A DNA stretch of 64,000 nucleotides, from positions 19,344,001-19,408,000 of the forward strand of contig JAQFVV010000003.1 of assembly GCA_028023455.1 (NCBI GenBank), given 5' to 3'. A program made the position numbers and the translations under genes. Below, in pieces: positions 52,501-64,000 of this stretch. The DNA is from Epiperipatus broadwayi (lineage: Eukaryota; Animalia; Onychophora). Numbering within the stretch: the stretch's first letter is position 1; each line of letters starts with the position of its first letter. A model generated the notes under the pieces. It was not told the DNA's origin and did no database searches. It worked only from the letters and a program-made list of their open reading frames with translations.

Positions 52501-53892
52501 ATTCTATAAAGAAATGTAATACTATTCTTACATGGAAGATCACTGTCTTATTATACCCTCAGCAGGACCACGGCAGTGAATATTTTCCCAATCACACTAT
52601 TTTTTTAAAAAAGATCGCAACAAAATGATAAAGCTCCATTAATTTTTAATTTCCAGAAAGGGAGAGACCTAATTTACCCATGTTATTTAGGGCTCTAAAA
52701 TCACCTAAAGCTGATGACTCTTCTGATATCTTGACTTCAAAAGATCAATAGTCTGACCATTTTATTAAAAAAAAAATACCACAATAAGTTATTACTATTA
52801 TTTTTGAAGAAAGCAAATAAATGAAAACACGCCCACATATAGACAATAGTTATTATATATGTTAATGTGCTTTCTTAATTTATTATTCATAACTGCATTA
52901 TTATTATTTTTTTAATTTTTATACTATAATCTGAATATATACTATACTTGTTAAAAATAATGTACTGTGTGTATATATATTTATAAGTATTGTACACTTA
53001 TAGAACTATAGTAAACAATATACAGTGTATTATAAACAAAGCACAAACTATTTTCCACTAATTCATAGCCATCCTCTAGAAATCTTGAAACAAAATATAA
53101 TAGATGTGGGATTTCATCCTATAGAGTTAATATGATTTCCATAAAAGCAAACTGGTAATAATTAAGGCAGTTTATCAGATGTTCTTATTAAAATCACTAG
53201 GCTGAGTCACTCTGTGTGGCATTATTTTCTTTATAATTTAAATACTGTATACATTTCATCATCATTTTCAACCACTATCAATCCACTGCAGAATGAAGGT
53301 CTCTCCAAATTCAATCCATCTTCTCCTATCTTTAGCTTCTCTTCTCTACACCATTCCTGCACACTTTCTTATTTCATCTATCCATCTCACATGTGGTCTC
53401 TTTCTGACTCTTTTACAATCTCATGGAATCTAGTTTAAAATTTCAATTGTCCATCTATTATCATCTCTTCTAGCAATATGTCCAGTCCAACTCCACTTCA
53501 GTCTTTTAATTTTTTCCGAGGTCAGTAACAGCTGTTTGTTCTCTTAGCCATATATTGCATTTTCGATCTCTTCTTGTTACTCCCAACATGCATATCTCCA
53601 TACTTCTTTGAGTGGTCTGAAGTCTCTGCATTGCTCTTCTATTAAGTGTCCAAATCCCAGATCCATAAGTAAGAACTGATAAAATACATTTATTAAAAAC
53701 TTTCCTTTTCAAACACATAGACATATTTTCTTTTAGTATCAAGTTATTTCTACCAAAGCATTCTAACCAAGTTTAATTCTATGATTAATTTCATCCATTA
53801 TGTTTCCATCTGTATTAATAATCTGAACAAGGTATATGTAGCTGTTAACTTCTTTTAACTCATTATAATCAATCTTTATTTTCATATTTTGA

Positions 53893-54503
53893 TATTTTAA
53901 ACAGCATTAAGCTGTTGCACATGTGCTTTGCAGATTTTAGCTATAAATCACTGAATACTAACACTTCAAACACATGATAAAGTCTTTGGAAAAGATAGAG
54001 TGGCCATCTATCTTTTCGAACCCAAACACTTTTGTATGGGCAAATCTTAATTGTTTGAAAGTGAAAGCGTGAAAATATTAAATAATCATTTTAAATTACT
54101 TTTATATGCTTGAATGAATGACGCTGGTGAAATTTACTAGAATTTACGATACGTCATTCTTATTTGAAAATAAATGTATATAAATAAATCAATTATTTTA
54201 TATAGCGCGATGTTTATAAACTGTAATATTTTAAACAGCATTAAGCTGTTGCACATGTGCTTTGCAGATTTTAACTATGACTGAATACTAACACTTCAAA
54301 CACATGATAAAGTTTTTGGAAAAGATAGAGTGGCCATCTATCTTTTTGAACCCAAAGGCTTTTGTATGGGCAAATCTTAAGTGTTTGAAGTGTTAGTATT
54401 CAGTCATTTATAGTTAAAATCTGCAAAGCGCATGTGCAACAGCTTAATGCTGTTTAAAATATTACAGTTTATAAACATCGCGCTATATAAAATAATTGAT
54501 TTA
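53893..54503. mobile_element. Direct-plus-inverted foldback insertion inside the RTE, with 13-bp flanking repeat
   Basis: Palindrome 54182-54506. 53893-54055 is a direct copy of about 54228-54385. TTTCATATTTTGA occurs at 53880-53892 and 54504-54516. Confidence 0.85.
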
Positions 54504-55230
54504 TTTCATATTTTGAGAAAATCAATTGAACATTACTTTAGTCTTTTTAACATTTATCTTTAGTCCTATTTTCATCTGATTACTCCTGCAACATTTCCTG
54601 CAGTTCTAAAGCATTATTAGTAAAAACAACTACATCATCTGCAAAATCTAAATGACTTAAATAATCTCCATTTACTCCTTTAGATTCCCATTTTAATCCA
54701 CAAAATACTTCTTGCAGCACTGCTGTAAAATGTTTTGGAGATATGGAGTCATCCTATCTTACACCCTTCTCAATGTTGACTTTCCTAGTATCATTATGTA
54801 ATCTAATTGTTGCTGTTGCATTTTTATAAATATTCTTTAAAATATGACAATATCCTGGATCTATACCTTGATGATCCAATGCTTTAATCACTGAAATGTT
54901 TATAAAATCAAATGCATTTTCATAATCTACAAATCCAAAGCATAAAGGCAACTCATATTCATTTGTCCTTTCTATAACTTCTCTCAATACCTGGATATGA
55001 TCTACTGAATTAAAACCACTTTTAAATCCAGCTTGTTCTCTTAGTTGATAGAAATCCAATGTTCTTTGTAGACGAGTTGTAATTATCTTGGTAAAATTTT
55101 TGTATAAAACTGATAAAAGGCTGATAGGTCTGTAATTTCTAATATCTTCTTTATCACCTTTTTTAAATATTAATATTGCATTCTCTCAATCATCTGATAC
55201 ATCTTTATCATTTGGACATTTGGTATATAA

Positions 55231-55331
55231 GCCAATAAACATCATATGATCACCATTTCTTATGCTATCCATTGATTACTCTGGCTTGCACTGAGAGGCA
55301 ATACGTATAGAGAGTTTTGCCTGTTTCAATA
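55231..55331 (+). mobile_element. Leader-plus-3'-end copy of the 11318 hairpin family nested in the RTE
   Basis: Leader AAACATCATATGATCACCATTTCTTATGCT is joined directly to the outer 67 nt of the right arm. Perfect ACATTTGGTATATAA flanks at 55216-55230 and 55332-55346 duplicate the RTE codons for YTKC. Confidence 0.88.
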
Positions 55332-57064
55332 ACATTTGGTATATAACTTTACTAAAAAAAATTCTATTTCTTCACCTGCTTTTTTTAATATATCAATTAT
55401 AATTCCATTATTACGTGGAGCCTTTCCTTTCTTCATAAATTTAATTGCATATCTCATTTCTTCATTTAAAATTCTGGGCAATTCAGAAGATGTAATAAAT
55501 ATAGAAGGTACTTGATCTTTATTACTATATAATTCTTGATAGAAGTTTTCTACCCATTTCATGATGTCATCTCTCTTTTTAGTAATAATTCCATCTTTTT
55601 TTTCTTACTGCAGATATAAATTGCCTATCAATACCAAAATGTTGTTTTACACTCTTGAGACTTTTATTCTCTTCTACAGCTTTCCTCGCTAGTTCACAAT
55701 TATACTTTCTTATATCATTTTCAACTCTTTTCCACACAATTTTACAAAATTCGAGGTATTCAATCCTTTTTAATATATCATTTTTGTATATCGTCATATT
55801 TCTTCTTTTCTTCATAAATTCTTTAGTCTCAGTAGAAATTTTATTGGTCAATTGGTTCTTTTTTCTACCAGCTATCTTTGTTGCAGTTTTTAAAAGTGTA
55901 TCAGTTATTATTTTATTAATTTCATTCAAATCTGAATCATGTTCAAAATCTACTAATACTTGAAACTGATTTATAAGTTCTAACTTAAATTCATAGAATG
56001 TTTCTGAAGATTGGGAATATCAACTGTAAATATTGTTTTTCTTAATAATTTTGTCTCTCTAGTTTTGCATTAACATATATCTTACATCTTACTAATCTAT
56101 GACCACTTCCTGTGTTAAATTTATTAAGAACCTTACAATCTTGAAATATGTATTTTCTGTTAGTCAAAATATAATCCAATTCTGCTGTACCTTTATTTGG
56201 ATGCTTCCATGTCCATTTCCTTTTAACATTTTTCTCAAAAAAAGAATTCACAATATAAAGTTTTTCTTTTTCTGCAAACTCCACAAGTCTATGTCCTCTC
56301 TCATTTCTATTACCATAACCAAAATTACCTACAGCATTTTCATCTTTCATTTGTTTACCAATTCTAGCATTAAAGTCTCCCATAACAATTTTAAAATGTT
56401 GTTTACTCTGATCAAAAGCCTTTTGTACATCCATATAAAAGTCTTCTACTACTTTATCACTATGAGAACTTGTTGGGGCATAAACCTGAATTATGTGCAT
56501 TTGTATCTGCTATTAAGTTGTAAACCTAATCTTGCCATTCTGTCTGATACACCATCAATCTCCACAATGTTATTCTTCCACTTTTTATTTATAATGAATC
56601 CTACTCAATTGTATTTCCAATATTTGTGCCTTTATAGTAGAGTACATGCTCACTTTTAAAATCAATTGTTTCTTCACTTTTTCTTCTAACTTCACAAAGT
56701 CCAATAATGTTCCTTTATTCACTTCACTTGAAAGTGATCTGCAGTTGTAAGTACCTAAATAAAAAGTCATCATCAAATGGTGCCTGGGCCCACAACCAGG
56801 GATTCTTATCACCCTTCGCCTTCGGCCACCTACCACTGCCTTGGTTGGTGACTTTACAGCCTCCTGGGAATAAGGGCCATGATTTATTTTTGTCTGTCAT
56901 GATTGTATATATCTATTGGAAAAATATTTATCATTTACACATACATTCGTTCTGCTTTATCAGGAATCTGAGAAGAAAAACCATGGTGTTTCTTGATCTT
57001 AAACTCGGAGGTAAAAAGCCAATAAAATCACCATGCTGGCTAATGCATGTTGGTGAGCAGCCCA

Positions 57065-57145
57065 TCCATGTTCGTATACTACATGAATAATCACATAGCA
57101 ATAACATATGGAGTGGACAGTAGGAATTTGCCCTGTTCGGTTCTT
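57065..57145 (-). ncRNA. Candidate decayed HDV-like ribozyme in RTE 5' UTR
   Basis: Elements occur in the right order over about 81 nt: P1 5' strand AAGAAC, P2 TCC/GGA, L3 TCCACTC, P4 hairpin GCTATGTGA/TCATGTAGT and J4/2 CGAA. P1, P3 and P1.1 are only restored by combining this copy with the copy at 692-790. Confidence 0.45.
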
Positions 57146-57589
57146 TTAAGGCCTCCAAGAGGAATCAAAGGGTCTCCTTTCAATTAATAGCAAACTCCTT
57201 TCTGCAGCCATATACATTTATTAATATATAAAAATAACCTTTTAAAATAATTTAAAAAAAAAAACATCTATCTTTTAAATGGATTGGACTTAATTTTGTT
57301 TTTTTTTCTCCCTATTTCCTTTTTATTACTTCTTAGTACAAAATTTTTATTTATTTATTAATAGATTCATTCCTTTGCATTTGTTTTTAATATAAAAAAC
57401 AGTATTCTAATAAAATTTTTACTGTTTCCAAAGTCTTTTGGTATAAATTTTATCATCAAGAAATAAAAAAGCATTCTGTAAGCATCAATATTATCTCTAC
57501 CTAACCTTAATAAACAAATATTTATTTAAGATAATAATAAATAACAATAAATAACCATTGATAAACAAATATGGAAATTCTAACTCCAA

Positions 57590-58990
57590 GAAAAAAAACA
57601 AAGTAAATTGCTCTAGAAATCAATTTTGCCATGACCATACAATCAATCTATGAAACACAAATACATCAGCATACAGAACATGCTGGACCATTTTTCTGCA
57701 CACATATTTTATATTCTCTTTTAATTTCTTCATCAAAAATTTTTCTTTCTGAAATACTTTAACACCATGTCTAATTGTAGCTCTCCAATATATTTGTTCT
57801 TTGATACATTTTTCCAATGGAAACAATTGCCATCGTATTTTATCTTTTAAATTGTTAAAAGCAACAGCATATTTCTATATTGCACTTCAATCTCTAAGTC
57901 TACTTATTTAAACTGGTTTACATTCTCAAGTTGATAACTATTCAAGCTAAAAGTTGCTGTGGTTTTTTCTTCCATTACCAGCTGATACAGAAGTTGAATT
58001 TTTTGAATATTAATTAATAAACCAAAGTTTTTATAAGTTGTATTCAAAACACTAAGTACATTCTGTTAATCATATTCTGAACTGACAAAAATAGCACAAT
58101 CATCAGCTTACTATAAATCCAAAATTCAAGAAAATAAAGTTTTGTCCTCACTTTTAATCAATTCAAATTAAAAATTCCACCACTATCAAACATCTATCAT
58201 ATTTTGAACTCTGTTTCATTAAGCCAACTATAAATAATTCCAACAGCTACTATTATACAAATTAAAAACAGAAATGGAACAAAAATACATTTAGTTTTCC
58301 ATTCAAAAGCCTCGGATTTCCACTTGTGGTAATAACAATTCCTTTTACTCCATCATGTAAAAGCTGTATAATATGTATAAATTTTGGTAGACAATCAATT
58401 TTCAAGCAATGACATAGATCTGTCCTATTAACTGAATCAAATGCTTTGACCAAATCAATAAAAATAATATATAGCTCACTCCATTGTTCCTGATACTTTT
58501 CTCAAATCTGATTGTCAACAAAAAGTCTATAGTGCTTCTTGATTCTCTAAAACCATATATTGAGTCACTGTTGATCATTCATCTATAATTGATAATAACA
58601 TATTCAATAAAATCTTTAAAAGTATCTTCGCTTTAGAGGATAATAATGATAATTCCTAATAATTTCTTATTTATGAATCAAAAGTTAAGGAGTATGATAC
58701 CTCCCACAGTAGTGGCGACAAATACATTGTGATTTATTTATTTTTACAACAAGCACCTTGATATTCATTTAACCAGTCCAGAGTGATGTAAACATTATTC
58801 TCTAGCTAATAATATAAAGAAGAAAAAAAAACACTCTTCACTCTATCATGACCTGAAAAATTTTTTAAAATTTATCTCATCCAGACTTGAATACTAAATC
58901 ATTCACTGGCTTGGCAGGCAGATGGTCATCACTAGTCTTCAGAATGTAATTGCCCCACCTCCTTTCTTGTATCTTTTTTTTTTTTCACTT
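57590..58990 (-). mobile_element. Decayed and rearranged RTE (BovB-like) fragments
   Basis: VKAFDSVNR..PKFIHIIQLLHDG (58262-58453), YWRATIRHG and PACSVC..ICVS (57620-57826), and RWGNYILKTSDDHLP near 58900-58960. Confidence 0.7.
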
Positions 58991-59631
58991 TTTTTGGTTT
59001 GAAATTGATCAAATATTTTTCTCATCAGTGAAATTATCTTTTATGGACTAAACCAAATAACTGTTCAAGTCAATAAAAAAATGTTAAAATTTTGTAATGA
59101 ATGAAGATATGTTAAATTTTATGTTTAAGGGTAAATTAAGGAAGCAAGATAAAACAAATCCAAGCAATAACACTTGATTTTCAATGATCAATTATTATAA
59201 TTGTTTAATTACTCATTACCTTCCACAGATAACACATAGCCAGACTGGTGTTGCTTATATTATTTACATTCACAATATAATAATGTTCGTGGTACAAAGA
59301 TAGCTTGAGTAACAAAACAAATACTTAATACTGCTGTTGATATAAAAACTCATAAAATTGGCATCTGAACATTAAAAAAATGTAAAATAAGTTGTGCTTA
59401 ATGAAAGCAATAGAAGACCACTGCTGATGTAAAGAAATTAATCTGAGTCAATTTTTTTAATTTTTATGTTGCTCAGCTGAGAATCTTCAGTTCTAAGTCC
59501 TTGATTCTATTTCTGTGTACTTAAATTCACAAAACTAAAAACAGTCAATCGATTAATCTCTTGGTAAGTAATGTGATATTCAATACCAACAGTGCCAATT
59601 TCAGTTTCAATTCAGGTATCTTTTCATATCC

Positions 59632-59715
59632 TATTGCTTAGTTATTCCATCTGCTTTCAGTAAGAAAACAATATTTTATTGCTTAGTTACTCCATCTGCT
59701 TTCAGTGAGAAAACA
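59632..59715. repeat. Tandem duplication, period 45 bp
   Basis: TATTGCTTAGTTA(T/C)TCCATCTGCTTTCAGT(A/G)AGAAAACA at 59632 and 59677. Confidence 0.9.
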
Positions 59716-61299
59716 GTCTAAATAATTAATCATTGCTTAAACAATATTTACAAGCATTTGACAGTTGTAATGGACTTGCCAAAGATTGGGGTGTAGCTTC
59801 TAAATCATTGGTTGTTAAACTCTATATTTTCAAAAATTATAGAGGAAATTTCCAAAAATATTTATTTGTAAGGGTTATATTTATTGATGAAAATTAAAAA
59901 TTAATAAGGATAAATCCATTATATAATAATATAAACATCTTACATAGAATAACTAAATTTTCTTCAAATCAAAAAAAAATTAATGAAAAGAATAGCAATG
60001 GTTTACATTTTTGCAAATACTGAAAGGATTTCAGGGATTTGGGGTTTGTGAACAACACTTTTAAATTTGATTATGAGCTGGAAGATTTTTTTTTTTTTTT
60101 TTAGATTACAAGTAAGTTTGGGATTTTTTTAAAAAAAGCAATCATCATAGCCAAACCCAATTAGCCAGCTAATAGTGATTGGAAATGAGTATCTAGCTAA
60201 TACTAAATATAAGGTAAAGTTACTATGTTAATCTGGTTTAGTCAGATGTGTTTTGATGCATTGAAAATAAAACAAAAAATATGACTGCCCTATGATCCAG
60301 CCTTCATTATTGATGAAAGAGTCATGTCTTTCTACAAAAATCGATAAGAATTGAATGTTATTCTCACCACTGAACTTAGTAGATGTGATGGTAAAAATAA
60401 GCTATAACTTCACCTTCTAGCCACCATATCAATGATTTAGCAAAAACAGATTGATTTAAGACTTTTATTCTCTGGCTAAGAACAATTGACTAATTAATTG
60501 ACCAGTTATATAAAAAAAAAAATCCACCTGAATTTGAATCTCAAGTCACGATTGTAGGATCTGCCAGAACCCAAGTCCCTTAATTAACAGACATACAAAA
60601 TGCTATTTAATCCAGCATTTCATATTTAGATGTTACATTATAAACTTCAAAATAACATCAAAAAAGCTCCTTTCTGCAAACACTTTACAGAATAAATAAA
60701 ATTTTCCAAACACATCTTAAATAAATTAAAAATTATTTAATAGATTTTCACTTTCTCCAGTCTGCCGTAATAGAAAAAAGCTTCATTTGAAAACTTATTG
60801 CAGAAACAATTACAACTGGGATAAATAAAATATTGGCCTACTTTGAATGTATCAAATTTTTATTCCTCAATTTATCCTGTTTCAGCTCAATAATCTTCTT
60901 GTATTAAAAAGCAATCCACTTCATTCTTCAGAATCAACGGATAAAATCTTCTCCATAAATCCAGTAAAATGGAAAGCTTTACAAGATTGATTCACCATAT
61001 CTCAATCTTCAATCTCTTCTTTATGAAAAAAAAAAGCTATATGACTCCCCTCCTTCTCCCTTTCTTTCCTTCCAAGGCTTATCTATTACTCTATTACTAG
61101 CAATTCGAATAAGTTTCTAAAATTTTCTGCTCCAGATAAAAAAAAAAAAAAATTAATTCTATTTCAATCAGATTCTACTGAGGAATAATTCCCCGCCTTC
61201 TCCTGGATCCTCTCTCTCCACATGAATTGCAAAACTGCAAACTTTATCAAAACACATCCCTTTAACATTCTCAGCCTGCTACTCAACACTCTAATAACA

Positions 61300-61341
61300 A
61301 GGTCAATTGATAAACATCTGACCTTAGATGACCTTTGACTT
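61300..61341. promoter_or_regulatory. Cluster of four nuclear-receptor half-sites (perfect DR4 overlapping a DR1)
   Basis: AGGTCA at 61300, TGACCT at 61319, TGACCT at 61329 and TGACTT at 61336. The minus strand reads AAGTCA-A-AGGTCA-TCTA-AGGTCA. Motif match only. Confidence 0.45.
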
Positions 61342-64000
61342 GAAAAATCTCCAGAATACAACACTTAATGTTCAATAAAAATAACTAATTGTGAACACAG
61401 CTTAGGGATAAAAACATAATTAAATATTTTATGTATAATCAAAGCATCTGAGGGAATAAAAAAAAAGGAGGGGGTGTGTGTGCTAAAAAAGACAGTAAAT
61501 ATGTCTTTAGTTATATTATGTAGATCATCTAAAATCAACAATTCACATATAAATGCACAGACAGAGAGCTAAATTTATTAATAATAACTACCTACTCAGC
61601 GCTAACATCAAGAAGCTAGAATAAATTGTATTTAAGAGAGTGGCAGGCAATCGTAAACTACCACCAACGATTATCAAGTGATATGTCGTAGTACTTCACT
61701 GTCGAGTTGCCTTGGGAAGTTTATAAACATACATGCCTTCTCAGTGGGAGACAATTTGTAAAGGAAGAGGTTATCTCAATCTTCCCCCCTTTTTTTTTTT
61801 TAACAAAAAAGGAGAACAATCAAGACAATATAAAAATAATAGAATACGGTACTTAAGAAGTAAACATATACATAACGTTTTTTATGTGTTATATATATGT
61901 TCCTGAATGTAACATATAAATAAATTTGGTGTGCTTTAAAGCTAGTGATTGGGAATAAAACACTGAGTAATTTTTGATGTGGAGAGTTATTTTATTATCT
62001 TGCGAACGTGGATCTGTTAACATATCTTGGGCAATGAAATACCCTATCTTTTATCTTGTTTAACAGCATACCTCCCTAGGAATCAAAACACAAAAAACTA
62101 TGAATTATGAATCACAAACTAAAGATTAAAACTTTAACCCTAACAAAAAATTGTTTTGAACTTAGAACACTATGCTGAGGACTAAAGCCTGAATTTTAAT
62201 AAGATACTCATATCATCTTTAAATTTAATATAAAAAAATAAATCACTACAGGATTAATTAAACAAGCAAATTATGCAAGCCATCATACACTCTTTCATTG
62301 CTACACTAGAGTTTTATTTAAAACAATAATGAGAGTCTAGCCTAAAAAAAACTGATAGGCAGTTATAAATTTTCAAAAGCTCATATATGTTAAATGGTTA
62401 TAATATCCTGTCTTTAAATTAGCATTAGAAAAAGGGACAATCATAAAATATCACAGAAGATAATCAAGTGATGTCATATTATTCAGCTAGGCAATGCTAA
62501 GGGTGTCACTTGATATTAATCCGGTACATATAGAAACAAGCATCTACATATTAGTTTTTGACCAATTGTGTTATGTTTCTAAAATTTATATCAACTGCAC
62601 ATACAAATATATACCATTATTGAAACAAGACAAATAAATTGAAACCAAATAAAGAAAGAAAACACTCGAGTTAAGAAAAAGCACTTGGGCTGGTATTTCC
62701 AGTTGAGATTCTAAAAGAGAGAAAGTGTGTTTACACTATATCTATTTTCCCATGAGCTATAATTATTCTAGACTCTAATAATCATTCACAAATATTTTAA
62801 TAAAATAATAAATTTCAATTTCTTAGGGTTTTATAATAATAATAATCTGTGTATTCTTACTCTTATTTTCTTTAATCATAAAATTCTTTATAACTGTTTC
62901 TTATTTCAAATTTTAACTAAGCAGTAATTTTAATCTATGTTTTCTAAAATGAAGGCTAGCAAAATTAAATACAAAGTTGAATAATAATTTTATCTCAAGG
63001 TTAATCTAATAAGCATGGCTATCAAATGCTTTATGCATTCCAAGATACGATAGTGTAAAAGGGGTTTTATGTACACCATCTTATTCAATATTTACATTTC
63101 AGATAGTATTAATACAATAGTAACTTATTCAATCCTGCAGAGTTTTATGTGTAAATCTATACCTCAAATATGACCTTTAATATCATGAACGTGAAATGAA
63201 ATGATGATGTTTTTTTTTTAAGAACAACAAAGAGAAATATTAAAATTAATAATTAATTTATTGCACACATAAAAAAATCATATAATACATTTAATAAATA
63301 TTACTGTTTGTTCCCTAAACTAATTTAAATTTGGAATATATCAAGTGTTTTGTCATACCGTGTTGTGAAGACATTCACATTAAATAAGAATAGGTTGTTT
63401 CAGTATTTCACAAAATAATCCTCAATTTAGTACTGGAAGATAATAATTATTATAACCAGGAAAAAATCAATGCCTTATGAAAGTTCTTAATTGGTTTATT
63501 TTATCAACTAATCAATTATTTAACAATCTCATTTACAAACATTGGATACATTTTCACTCTTTTAAAGTAAGCAAGTATAAATCATTGCTTAGCAGGACTA
63601 GATGATAATTTACCACATTGGGCTTATTTATTTTTGCCTTAAGATCCTTTACTGGATTCAATTACAGATTTGGACATCAGGAGGGCGTTACTTCATCAAT
63701 AAAAAAAATAGAAATAAATCATTAGGCTGCTTTATTATACATTCAAAAATACTGGAAAATTAATACTAACAAGTAGGAGTGATATATAAAATATTCTTTA
63801 CATATTTACTCATCTGCATAACGATAATTAACTCCATTTAACATTGAGGTCAAAGTATTAAGAACTCATAAATATTATTAATATTTGGCTATAGTCATTT
63901 AATATAAGTTTGTTAAATACTTACATTTGTACAACCTTATCCTAACATATATTACATTTAATCTCTTTCAATCTTAACATTAATCATAATATTAAATAAA

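Larger units (their letters stand above)
53257..57210 (-). mobile_element. Near full-length, disrupted RTE-clade LINE
   Basis: APE endonuclease (GTYNCRSL, IIQVYAPTS, VMGDFNA, ELDYIL), RT (KGKAP, NYRPISLL, EQAGF, GVRQ.D, DFADD) and C-terminus (KVFNKCILSVLTYGS). (GAT)n-like 3' tail near 53257. Possible TSD TATACATTT at 53248-53256 and 57211-57219. Interrupted by two insertions. Confidence 0.92.

Noticed and set aside
1-64000. CRISPR arrays, rRNA genes, prokaryotic operons, and the remaining short ORFs in the track
   Set aside because: None seen. The DNA is intron-rich eukaryotic sequence, and the other 60-100 aa ORFs look like chance ORFs in AT-rich DNA.

Overview
AT-rich, CpG-depleted animal genomic DNA, most likely a non-insect invertebrate (inference from the protein). 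The only host gene I can support is the 5' half of an NR2C-family (TR2/TR4, Hr78-like) nuclear receptor on the minus strand. It has three coding exons (19336-18913, 3713-3534, 3437-3301) covering the A/B region, the C4 zinc-finger DNA-binding domain and the hinge. A 15.2-kb intron splits the first zinc finger, and the ligand-binding exons must lie beyond position 1. The rest is mostly decayed transposons: several RTE LINEs (one near full length), L1/Tx1, Gypsy RT, a Penelope-like tail, a Merlin element with TIRs and 8-bp TSD, an hAT MITE and a pogo/Tigger remnant. The most unusual signal is a set of insertions from unrelated sequence families that share one layout: a long diverged hairpin, often with a one-sided leader or a partial tandem copy, flanked by 10-16 bp direct repeats. 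One family has five copies and behaves like a retroposon (fixed 3' end, variable truncation, long TSDs). I also found decayed hammerhead-like and HDV-like ribozyme folds and two clusters of nuclear-receptor response elements upstream of the receptor gene. All alignments were done by eye, no database searches were run, and the ends of decayed elements are approximate.
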